Source of the DNA: Alphaproteobacteria bacterium | Lineage (GTDB): Bacteria > Pseudomonadota > Alphaproteobacteria > JAAXGF01 | Direction: 5' to 3' | DNA: 64,000 nt | NCBI GenBank assembly: GCA_963555825.3 | Contig: CAUVXB020000002.1 | Span: forward strand, 2,176,001-2,240,000 | Shown here: piece by piece, positions 1-8,406 of the stretch | Numbering within the stretch: position 1 is the stretch's first letter | How the letters are laid out: every line of letters begins with the position of its first letter | Program-made: the position numbers and the translations under genes | The notes under the pieces: generated by a model | The model's database searches: none | What the model saw: only the letters and a program-made list of their open reading frames with translations | What the model was told of the DNA's origin: nothing

Positions 1-645
1 GAGGCGCGCATCGCCGAGGCCGCCCGGGACGCTGGCCGCGCGGCGCAAGACATCACGCTGGTCGCCATCGCCAAGATGCATGTCGATGCGCGTATCGTGC
101 CGGCGCTCGAGGCAGGCCACCGCGTGTTCGGCGAGAACCGCGTGCAGGAGGCCGAGGCCAAGTGGCCGGCGCTGAAGGCGCGCTACCCGGACGTCGCGCT
201 GCATTTGGTCGGCCCGCTGCAGACCAACAAGACGCGAAACGCCATAGCATTGTTCGACGTCATCGAGACCGTCGACCGACCCAAGCTGGCGCGCAGGTTG
301 GCCGGGGAGATGGACCGCGCCGGCAAGCGCCCGTCCTGTTTCATCGAGGTCAACACCGGCGAGGAAGCGCAGAAGGCAGGCGTCCTGCCGGCCGACGCCG
401 ACGCCTTCGTCGCGCTTTGTCGTGATGAGCTCGACCTGCCGATCGTCGGCCTGATGTGCATTCCGCCGTTCGACGACGAACCCTCGCTGCACTTCGCGCT
501 GTTGGCCGACATCGCCGCGCGCAACGGGCTCGACCAGATCAGCATGGGCATGACCGCGGATTTCGACGTCGCGGTGCGCTTCGGCGCGACCCATGTGCGC
601 GTCGGCACGGCGATCTTCGGCCAACGCCCGCCGCGCGGTGTCTAG
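1..645 (+). CDS. yggS: YggS family PLP-binding protein (5' truncated by window edge)
   Basis: Frame open from base 1; motifs FGENRVQE, HLVGPLQTNK, GLMCIPP, SMGMTADF, GATHVRVGTAIFG. Confidence 0.93.
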   Translation, partial: EARIAEAARDAGRAAQDITLVAIAKMHVDARIVPALEAGHRVFGENRVQEAEAKWPALKARYPDVALHLVGPLQTNKTRNAIALFDVIETVDRPKLARRLAGEMDRAGKRPSCFIEVNTGEEAQKAGVLPADADAFVALCRDELDLPIVGLMCIPPFDDEPSLHFALLADIAARNGLDQISMGMTADFDVAVRFGATHVRVGTAIFGQRPPRGV

Positions 646-709
646 GGCGGCGTCGGGACGCGAAGCATAGCCGGGCCCGGTTCACCGGTCGCACCGCGCC
701 CGGCGCGAC

Positions 710-734
710 GTCCGCTAACCGCTCGAAACCGGAC
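710..734. repeat. 25-bp outer palindrome of cassette-like island 1 (GTCCG-N15-CGGAC)
   Basis: GTCCGCTAACCGCTCGAAACCGGAC; its partner at 4556-4580 shares the arms and the central GCTCG. Confidence 0.7.
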
Positions 735-770
735 CTCCAAGCCGCTATTGCTCAATGTCTGGTTCTGACC

Positions 771-2456
771 CAGCCTGTGTAAAAACGTCGATGGTGTTAT
801 GATTCTCTCGTGCTTTGGCGGGAGGGTCTGATGAAGCGTTTTGTCGAGGGTGTCGATCGCAGCCAGGGCACGTTGTTTCCGGAGCGCCTGGAAGACTGGA
901 TCGGCGACGACAACCCGGTTCGGGCGATCGACGTCTTCGTCGATGAGCTCGATCTTGGCGGCCTCGGGTTCGACCGGGTCGAGCCGCTGGCGACCGGCAG
1001 GCCGGCCTATCATCCTTGCGATTTGTTGAAGCTCTACATCTACGGCTATCTCAACCGGGTTCAGTCGAGCCGTCGGCTCGAGAGGGAGGCCGGGCGCAAT
1101 GTGGAAGTGATGTGGCTGGTCGGCCGGCTGGCGCCGGATCACAAGACGATCGCCGACTTCGGCCAAGGACAATGGTTCTGCGATCCGCCAGGTCTGTGCC
1201 CAGTTCATCGCCCTGTGCCGCCAACTGGGGCTGTTTGCCGAGGCGAGCGTGGCGATCGATGGCGCCAAGTTCAAGGCGGTCAACAGCCGGGACAGGAACT
1301 TCACGCGGGCCAAGATGGCGCGGCGGGTGGCGCAGATCGAGGAGAGCGTTGCGCGCTATCTGCAGCAACTCGACAGCGCCGACCGGCAAGAGCCGTCGCT
1401 GGCGCGCACGACCAAGACGACTCGTCTGGCCGACAAGATTGCGATCCTCAAGCAGGAGATGCGGCGCCTGAAGGCGCTTGAAGTCGAGCGGCGTGCGAGC
1501 CCGGACCAGCAGATCTCTCTGAGCGATCCCGATGCCCGCTCGATGGCGACGAGCGGCCGGGGTTCCGGCGTGGTGGGCTACAACGTTCAGGCCGCCGTCG
1601 ACACCAAGCATCACCTGATCGTTGCCCACGAGGTGACCAATCAGGGCACTGACCGCGCCCAGCTCTCAGCCATGGCGAAGCGGACCAAGGCGGCTCTGGA
1701 GACCGACGAGTTGGATGTCGTTGCCGATCGCGGCTACTACAACGGCAAGGAGATTCTGGCCTGCGATCAGGCCGGCATCACCGTCACGTTGCCTAAGCCG
1801 CTGACCTCTGGAGCCAAGGCCAAGGGCCGCTTCGGCAAACAGGACTTCGTCTATCTGGCCGCCGACGATGTCTATCGCTGCCCGGCCGGCGAGCGTTTGG
1901 TCTACCGCTTCACCAGCCAGGAGAGGGGGCTGAGCATGCGGCGCTACTGGACCAACGCCTGTCAGGGATGCGCCATCAAGCATCGCTGCACCACGGCCAA
2001 GCAGCGCCGCATCACCCGTTGGCAGCACGAACACATTCTCGAGGCCGTCGAGAGGCGGCTCGACGAGCACCCGGAGGCGATGCGTCGGCGGCGCGAGACG
2101 GCCGAGCATCCCTTCGGCACCCTCAAGGCCTGGATGGGCGCGACGCACTTCCAGATGAAGACGCTGAAGCGGGTGAGGACCGAGATGGCCTTGCACGTGC
2201 TGGCCTACAATCTCAAGCGCGTCATGAACATCATGGGCATCGACCCGCTGATCGCGGCGATCAGGACGGCATAGGCGCCCCTGCGCCGACAATTACGCCC
2301 ATACCCGGCCACATCGCGGCTCACAACGGCGCCAGCCGGCCGAAAAGCCCGCACGAGCGGCGAAAATCCATAATCCCGGAAAACACGTCCCGACTGATCA
2401 TCCAAACCCAAAGACGCGCCACACAGAAATAGCAGCAAACGTTCTCACACAGGCTG
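771..2456 (+). mobile_element. IS1182 family insertion sequence
   Basis: Terminal IRs CAGCCTGTGTAAAAACGT / ACGTTCTCACACAGGCTG; 4-bp duplication GACC at 767-770 and 2457-2460; internal transposase. Confidence 0.9.
831..2274 (+). pseudogene. IS1182 transposase with +1 frameshift
   Basis: N-terminal part (GRPAYHP, SSRRLERE, PDHKTIADF) and C-terminal DDE part (AIDGAKFKA, VGYNVQ, ADRGYY, EHPFGTLK) are in different frames; TTC GGCC AAG GAC at about 1158-1170 instead of the expected F-R-K-D. Confidence 0.85.
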
Positions 2457-2618
2457 GACCCTTAACAGACACGTTGCGGTGTGTGGGATATGACAAAACT
2501 TGCGGACCATGTGGCGTGGCCAACCCGTCCTCGGCCACGCGTAGCCCGGTTTGGGTGGAACGGTACGATCAAGCCTGCGCGAGACGTGGAGCATTCCGCT
2601 GCAAACTCGAAGCATTAG

Positions 2619-2771
2619 CTAACCATTCGTCATGATTTGAACGAATTGGTGGCAGAATTCTACTGCCTTCTCGAGTCTGAGCGTTTGCCAGATGTTCACT
2701 CCGATCAGAACTATGATCATCACAAAGAGCGCGATCTCAATATGTTTGTGAGGCATCGTCGTTTGAGCCAT
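2619..2771 (-). CDS. 50-aa single-pass membrane hypothetical protein (absent from ORF track)
   Basis: MAQTTMPHKHIEIALFVMIIVLIGVNIWQTLRLEKAVEFCHQFVQIMTNG*; GGGGAAG RBS-like motif upstream; one hydrophobic stretch. Confidence 0.55.
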   Translation of the reverse strand: MAQTTMPHKHIEIALFVMIIVLIGVNIWQTLRLEKAVEFCHQFVQIMTNG

Positions 2772-2983
2772 TGATCTTCCCCCATTTGACCAAGATGTTC
2801 ACGATGAATTGCTGAGAAAGCCAACTCCATTGAACAATCATCCCACTGAGCGGGCCATGTATGCTAGCGATAGCATCTCAGTACACGTCTGAGAAAACGA
2901 AGAGCCCGTGACCCTACCCGAGTTGGGCAGGAATAATCCAGCTTCTCGCTCCCGCTCGAATGTCTTGTGTGGATGGCTCCCGC

Positions 2984-3228
2984 GTTGCAAGGACTTTTTT
3001 CGGCGTAGCGACCTAGTCAGGTACAGTCTTGTGTCCGGCCTGTTGATGCGGTTTTGTTGAACCGCTGGCCCTGATGGTATCCGTGGATCGGGTCCCTATC
3101 TGCTTAGCGGGCTCGAACACCCAGGACATTGGTCGGGTTGTCCCGATCCCCGGTCTGACCGGTTCGCCATCACGTCTCGTCGTCCTTGCAATCGTCGAAA
3201 GGCGTTGTGCCTTCGAGCGATCAATTGG
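2984..3228 (-). ncRNA. Putative bridge/seek RNA region of the IS1111-type element
   Basis: About 245-bp non-coding region 3' of the transposase, with short segments matching both target flanks and both element ends. Confidence 0.65.
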
Positions 3229-4263
3229 TCATGCGGTCTCCTCAGTTGCGGGTCGGTGAGCGCGGTAGGCCTCGCCACGGGTCATGATGACCCAGGCGAT
3301 CCGCGCGGCCTTGTTGGCCATGGCCACGGCGACCAGCTTGTTGGGCTTGCTTACCAGCAAGTTGGTGATCCAGGGGTGAACCTCGGGCTTGCGCCGTGCC
3401 GATTGAAGCTGTGATGTCATGCCGATCACCAGCAGACGGCGAAGATAGCGGTCCGCCATCTTGGAGATGCGTCCCATGCGATCCTTGCCGGCGCTGGAAT
3501 CGGCCTTGGGCGTTAGCCCGAGCGAGGCGGCAAACTGGCGAGCCGATGTGAACCGGTGCGGATCGGTGACCGAGGCCGCCAGCGCCGAGGCGGTGATGTA
3601 ACCAATCCCCGGAATGGTCGCGAGCCGTTTGGCCAGGTCGTTGCCGCGGAACCAGGTCTTGATCTCGCCCTCGATCATGGCGACCCGGGCTTGCAACTCG
3701 CGGATCTGCTCGGCCAGGGCAATGACGATCTTGCATGCCAGCGGGGGAATGTCCGGCACCACTCCTTCGACAAGCTGATCGACGAGCCTCAGCGCGTGAT
3801 GAATGCCTTTGGCCAGCACGATGCCCAACTCGGCCAGCTGGGACCGGATCATGTTGACCAGCTGGGTGCGCTGGCCGACCGGCAGATCCCGTGTTCGGTG
3901 GAGCGCCAGGACCGATTGCTGCTCGGCCGACTCGATCGCGACGAACCGCATCGTGGGGCGCGTCACCGCCTCGCAGATCGCCTCCGCATCGGCGGCGTCG
4001 GTCTTGCCGCGCTTGACGTATGGTTTGACGTAGATCGGTGGCATCAATTTCACCTCGTGCCCCAATGCCTGGAGCTCGCGGGACCAGAAGTGGCTCGTGC
4101 CGCACGCCTCGATACCGATCAGACACGGTTCCAGCTTGCCGAAGAACGGCATCATCTGGCGCCGGCGCAACGATCGGCGGACGATGACCTTGCCGGTGCT
4201 GTCAATGCCGTGGACTTGGAAAACGTTCTTGGCCAGATCGAGGCCGACAGTGGTAACTTTCAT
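3229..4263 (-). CDS. IS110 family DEDD transposase/recombinase
   Basis: MKVTTVGLDLAKNVFQVHG, IGIEACG, KTDAADAEAI, TIPGIG, DSSAGK, VAMANKAAR. Confidence 0.92.
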   Translation of the reverse strand: MKVTTVGLDLAKNVFQVHGIDSTGKVIVRRSLRRRQMMPFFGKLEPCLIGIEACGTSHFWSRELQALGHEVKLMPPIYVKPYVKRGKTDAADAEAICEAVTRPTMRFVAIESAEQQSVLALHRTRDLPVGQRTQLVNMIRSQLAELGIVLAKGIHHALRLVDQLVEGVVPDIPPLACKIVIALAEQIRELQARVAMIEGEIKTWFRGNDLAKRLATIPGIGYITASALAASVTDPHRFTSARQFAASLGLTPKADSSAGKDRMGRISKMADRYLRRLLVIGMTSQLQSARRKPEVHPWITNLLVSKPNKLVAVAMANKAARIAWVIMTRGEAYRAHRPATEETA

Positions 4264-4358
4264 GGCGGATAGCTCCTCTTGCTCGTGGTTGATAACAACC
4301 ACCACTTTGGCATCTCGGTGCCGGGAGCGGGAGCCATCCACCCCATCTGCTTATGGCC

Positions 4359-4519
4359 GAGGCTGTTGAAAAAGTCCCGAAACATCCATTTTGAGCCTGA
4401 ATTGGCCAATTCTCCGAAATCGGTGTTTTCCTAAGTCTTTGATTTCATTGAACTCGAATTCTCATTGGTTCCGGGAAATTGGCGAGTTTGGTTCCGCTAC
4501 CGACTTTTTCAACAGCCTC
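4359..4519. mobile_element. 161-bp MITE with IS1182-like ends
   Basis: Perfect IR GAGGCTGTTGAAAAAGTC / GACTTTTTCAACAGCCTC; flanks GGCC / GGCT; internal IHF-consensus match (TAAGTCTTTGATT). Confidence 0.8.
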
Positions 4520-4555
4520 GGCTATAAGCTGACGTTACGACGGATTGATCAGCAT

Positions 4556-4580
4556 GTCCGGTTCCTGCTCGTAAGCGGAC
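4556..4580. repeat. 25-bp outer palindrome closing island 1
   Basis: GTCCGGTTCCTGCTCGTAAGCGGAC, 22 bp after the inner palindrome ending at 4533. Confidence 0.7.
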
Positions 4581-4586
4581 CCGGCG

Positions 4587-5099
4587 TCAGCCGTCGCCGT
4601 CCTCCGCCGAGATACAAATCCGGGTGGTTTCGTCGCACTCGGCCAGGATGGCCAGCAGGTCCTCTCGCGCGACGGTGACGCAGCCCTCGGTCGGGCCAAA
4701 GTCGGGCCGCGCGACGTGGAGGAAGATGGCGCTGCCCGCGCCGGGCACCACAGGATCGCCGTTGTGGGCCAGCGCCACGACCACGTCGTAGAGCGCATCG
4801 TCGCGCCACAGGGTCTCGGTGCCGGCGGCGTGAGCGCTGCGGACCAGCGTGTTGTACGCGACATCGGCCGGGTCGTCGCACCAGGCGTCCGCCGGGTCGG
4901 TAGCGCTCACCGGCAGGGCCGTTTCGGGCGGCGCACCGCGGTCGGGGCGGTAATAGACGCGGCGCAGCGCGAAGCAGCCGGCCGGCGTCGCGCCGTCGCC
5001 CTCGCGCTTGACGTCGGTCACGCCGGCGCGGCCGAGCGCGCAGCGCAGGCGCCGGCCGCGCCATTCCAGCGTGCCGTCGGCGCTCACCCGGATGTCCAT
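4587..5099 (-). CDS. L,D-transpeptidase (YkuD-like) family protein
   Basis: KREGDGATP, GSAIFLH and PTEGCV motifs. Confidence 0.88.
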   Translation of the reverse strand: MDIRVSADGTLEWRGRRLRCALGRAGVTDVKREGDGATPAGCFALRRVYYRPDRGAPPETALPVSATDPADAWCDDPADVAYNTLVRSAHAAGTETLWRDDALYDVVVALAHNGDPVVPGAGSAIFLHVARPDFGPTEGCVTVAREDLLAILAECDETTRICISAEDGDG

Positions 5100-5240
5100 G
5101 GCGCACGTCCCTCTCTGCCCGCCCGCCACCATCGGCGCGTGGCGGCGGCTGTCAAGTCCGCCGCGCGCGCCGCGCCATTCTATTCTGGCTGACCGACCCT
5201 ATATAACTGGGGTATAGACAGCGGGACCAGTGAGGGAGAC

Positions 5241-5960
5241 GTGACTGCAATGGTGTCGAGGGACCGATCGCCGACCATCGGCAAGCGCATTCTGATCGTC
5301 GACGATGACGATGCGTTGCGTCAATCGCTCGCCGAACAGCTCGAGCTGCACGAGGAATTCGAGATCGGCGTGGCGGCGACCGGCGGCGACGCGCTCCAGG
5401 CGGTCAAGTCGCTGCGCTACGACATCGTGCTGCTCGACGTCGGCCTGCCCGACATCGACGGCCGCGAGCTGTGCAAGGTGATGCGCCGGGGCGGCCACAA
5501 GATGCCGATCATCATGCTGACCGCCGCCGACACCGATTCGGACACCATCTTGGGCCTCGAATCGGGCGCCAACGATTACGTCGCCAAGCCGTTCCGGCTC
5601 GGCGTCCTGCTCGCCCGCATGCGCGCCCAGCTGCGCCAGCACGAGCGGAGCGAGGACGCGGTTTTCTCGATCGGCCCCTACACCTTCCGGCCGAGCGCCA
5701 AGCTGCTCGTCGAGCCCGACAGCAACCGCAAGATCCGTCTGACCGAGAAGGAGACGGCGATCCTCAAATATCTCTACCGCGCGGGCGACAAGGTGGTCGC
5801 GCGCGAGGTGCTGCTCGACGAGGTCTGGGGCTACAACGCCGGCGTCGCGACCCATACGCTCGAGACACATATCTACCGGCTGCGCCAGAAGATCGAGCGC
5901 GACCCGAGCGACGCCGTCCTGCTGCTCACCGAACCCGGCGGCTACCGCCTGGCGCCTTGA
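5241..5960 (+). CDS. OmpR/PhoB family response regulator
   Basis: ILIVDDD, LLDVGLPD, GANDYVAKPF receiver domain plus winged-helix HTLETHIYRLRQKIE. Confidence 0.93.
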   Translation: MTAMVSRDRSPTIGKRILIVDDDDALRQSLAEQLELHEEFEIGVAATGGDALQAVKSLRYDIVLLDVGLPDIDGRELCKVMRRGGHKMPIIMLTAADTDSDTILGLESGANDYVAKPFRLGVLLARMRAQLRQHERSEDAVFSIGPYTFRPSAKLLVEPDSNRKIRLTEKETAILKYLYRAGDKVVAREVLLDEVWGYNAGVATHTLETHIYRLRQKIERDPSDAVLLLTEPGGYRLAP

Positions 5961-6224
5961 GCCGCCACAAAACAACTCAAAAACACTTAATAAATAGGGT
6001 CAGACACTATTTAATGCTTTGAATATAAACGATTCGTCACATGTTGGGACGCGCGTTCCCGATCCCACAGCCAGCGCCGAGGCCGAACCCGTGTCCGATC
6101 ACGCCGCCGTCTGGTGGGTGCCGATGCGAAAGCCACGGTTTTCTTTGTAATATCAAATATATAAATGGTGTCTGACCCCGATAGTAAGAGCGTCAGACGC
6201 CGTTTTGGGGTTGTCGTGGTCGGC
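5961..6224. repeat. AT-rich intergenic element with three GGGGTCAGACACC-family motifs
   Basis: Near-palindrome TAAATAGGGTCAGACACTATTTA (5991-6013), GGTGTCTGACCCC (6167-6179), AGCGTCAGACGCC (6189-6201); imperfect outer inverted repeat. Confidence 0.65.
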
Positions 6225-6243
6225 GGCGCGGGCGGGCGGGTCG

Positions 6244-7506
6244 TCAGCACGCGCCAGCCGCGTCGCGGTCGATGCGTCTTAGCCGGCGGCCGATGTCGAG
6301 TGCGCCGAGTGCCGCGAGCGCCGTCACGGCGCCGAACAACGGCCATGAAAAGCGCCAGTCGCCGGCCATGACGACGGCCTGGGCGAGCAATACGGGGCCG
6401 ATCAAGATGCCGATGTTGCGCCCGGTCATGATAACGGCGAAGGAACTGGCGGCGCGGTTGGCGCCCATGACGGCGTTCGGCATGGCGAACAGGCAGGCCG
6501 GCGTGACGCCCGAGGTGACGCCGTAGAGAATGAGCGCCAGCGCGCCGAGCGCACCGCCGCCGAGCGCCGGCACGGCGAGCCAGATGACGACCTGGATGGC
6601 GATCGAACCGGCGAACAGCGGGATCAGGGGCACGCCGGCGCGCAACAGTGCGCCGGTAACGACGTTGAACACGATCACCATGGCGGCCGGCGGGACATAG
6701 GCGAGCGCGGCGCTGCCCGGGCTGAAGCCGTGCACCTCGACGAGAAACTGCGGCAGCCAGGTCATGAAGGCGATGTACTGGCCCGACCACAGCCCGAAGA
6801 CCGCGCCGACGACGACCAGGGCACCGCGCTGCGCGGATGTCGCCGTCGCTGCCCGGCCGTCACTGCCGCGTCGTGTCTCGAGCCGCGCCACGCCGGCCAC
6901 CTTGAGGCGCCACCCCCACAACGCAAGCGCAACGGTGAGCCCGACACCGATCCACCACAGAGGCTGCCACAGCCCGCGATCGATGACCGGCAGCGCGAAC
7001 AGGGTGGCGCTGATCTGGCCGATCGGAATCCACGCAGCCGTCATGCCGACGACGAGCGGCAACTGCATCCGGCTGGCGTTGATGTTGGCGAGCAGCGGCC
7101 CGGCGATCGCGCAGACCGTGAAACCGACGCCCTCGAGGCCGCGCGCGAGCAGCATCAGCCAGCCATTCTCGGGCAGCGCCAGCGCCAACGCCTCGCCGGC
7201 GAGGAAGGCGCCGAAGGCGAGCGTCAGATAGGGCACCAGGCCGTGCCGTTCGAGACCCCTGCCGACGCGCAGCGAGAGCGTCAGCCCGGCGAGCGCGAAG
7301 ACCGACATGAAGCCGCCGGCGAGCACCCGATCGTAGCCGTAGGTCTCGAGCATCACCGGCAGGGCCGGCGGCAGCTTGTACTGGTGATAGGCGGCGAGCG
7401 CCGCCAGCGCGAGGCCGAAAGCGACCCCGGACCAGCAGGTCTGCGTCTGGACGGGCGCGTCGGTGGCGCCTGCGGCGGCCGGCCCGCCGCGGGTTTTCCC
7501 TTTCAC
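6244..7506 (-). CDS. MFS transporter (CynX/NimT-like)
   Basis: About 12 hydrophobic segments; LLARGLEGVG MFS motif. Confidence 0.85.
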   Translation of the reverse strand: MKGKTRGGPAAAGATDAPVQTQTCWSGVAFGLALAALAAYHQYKLPPALPVMLETYGYDRVLAGGFMSVFALAGLTLSLRVGRGLERHGLVPYLTLAFGAFLAGEALALALPENGWLMLLARGLEGVGFTVCAIAGPLLANINASRMQLPLVVGMTAAWIPIGQISATLFALPVIDRGLWQPLWWIGVGLTVALALWGWRLKVAGVARLETRRGSDGRAATATSAQRGALVVVGAVFGLWSGQYIAFMTWLPQFLVEVHGFSPGSAALAYVPPAAMVIVFNVVTGALLRAGVPLIPLFAGSIAIQVVIWLAVPALGGGALGALALILYGVTSGVTPACLFAMPNAVMGANRAASSFAVIMTGRNIGILIGPVLLAQAVVMAGDWRFSWPLFGAVTALAALGALDIGRRLRRIDRDAAGAC

Positions 7507-7572
7507 GACAACGTCCTCTGAGGCATGCTAGACAGCCAATGGTAACCATTTGCTGGACGTTGGAGAACATCC

Positions 7573-8406
7573 TTGGCGTCTGACGACGACTTTTATGTCT
7601 GTTTTCGCGGCGTGCGCGGCTCGATTCCCTGTCCGGGCGCCAGGACGGCGCGCTATGGCGGCAACACGTCCTGCCTCGAGATCCGCTGCGGCGGCGACCT
7701 CTTGATCCTCGACGGCGGCACCGGCATTCGCCCGCTCGGCATGGCGGTGGCGGACGAAGGTCCGCTCGACGCCAACGTCTTCTTCACCCATACCCACCTC
7801 GACCACATCTGCGGCTGGCCCTATTTCACCAGCCTGCTCGACCCCGACAATTCGCTCACGGTGTGGGCCGGCCACCTGCTGCCCAACCACACCATCGGCG
7901 GCGTGCTCAACGGTCTGTTGACCGAGCCCTTCGCGCCGGTCAACGTCGATCGGGTGCGCGCGCGCGTGAACTACCGCGACTTCAAGGCGGGCGAGACGCT
8001 CGAGCCGCGCGCCGGCGTGGCCGTGCGCACCGCGCCGCTCAACCACCCGCAGGGCGCGACCGCCTACCGCGTCGAGTTCGGCGGCAAGTCGATCTGCTAT
8101 CTGACCGATACCGAACACGTACCCGGCGCGCCCGACGAGAACATCCTCGGCCTGATCGACGGCGCCGACGTGGTGATCTACGATTCGACCTACACCGACG
8201 AGGAATTCCCGGCGCATGTCAACTGGGGTCATTCGACCTGGCAGGAAGGCGTGCGCCTGTGCGACGCGGCGGGCGCCAAGACCTTCGTCGTGTTCCACCA
8301 CGATCCCGACCACGACGACGAATTCATGGACCGGGTCGCCGCCGAGGTCGAAAAAATGCGCCCGGGCTCGGTGGTGGCGCGGGAGGGCACGACGCTCAGG
8401 CCGTGA
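7573..8406 (+). CDS. MBL-fold metallo-hydrolase (cyclic phosphodiesterase-like)
   Basis: GVRGSIPCPG, YGGNTSC, THTHLDHI, WGHSTW, FHHDP. Confidence 0.88.
   Translation: MASDDDFYVCFRGVRGSIPCPGARTARYGGNTSCLEIRCGGDLLILDGGTGIRPLGMAVADEGPLDANVFFTHTHLDHICGWPYFTSLLDPDNSLTVWAGHLLPNHTIGGVLNGLLTEPFAPVNVDRVRARVNYRDFKAGETLEPRAGVAVRTAPLNHPQGATAYRVEFGGKSICYLTDTEHVPGAPDENILGLIDGADVVIYDSTYTDEEFPAHVNWGHSTWQEGVRLCDAAGAKTFVVFHHDPDHDDEFMDRVAAEVEKMRPGSVVAREGTTLRP

Larger units (their letters stand above)
2965..4347 (-). mobile_element. IS110 family, IS1111-type element
   Basis: Perfect 15-bp sub-terminal IRs GTGGATGGCTCCCGC (2969-2983) / GCGGGAGCCATCCAC (4327-4341); TC(T) core at both junctions; long non-coding end downstream of the transposase. 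Confidence 0.9.

Noticed and set aside
699-705. CCCGGCG on both sides of island 1 as a target-site duplication (also 4580-4586)
   Set aside because: A GC-only 7-mer is common in this genome and is placed asymmetrically relative to the outer palindromes.
1150-1175. Programmed frameshift in the IS1182 transposase
   Set aside because: No slippery A-run or heptamer, and IS1182 transposases are normally a single ORF; a simple insertion or sequencing error is more likely.
7863-8402. N-terminal extension of the methyltransferase ORF
   Set aside because: It overlaps the MBL hydrolase; a GTG at 8403 coupled to the upstream stop is the better start.
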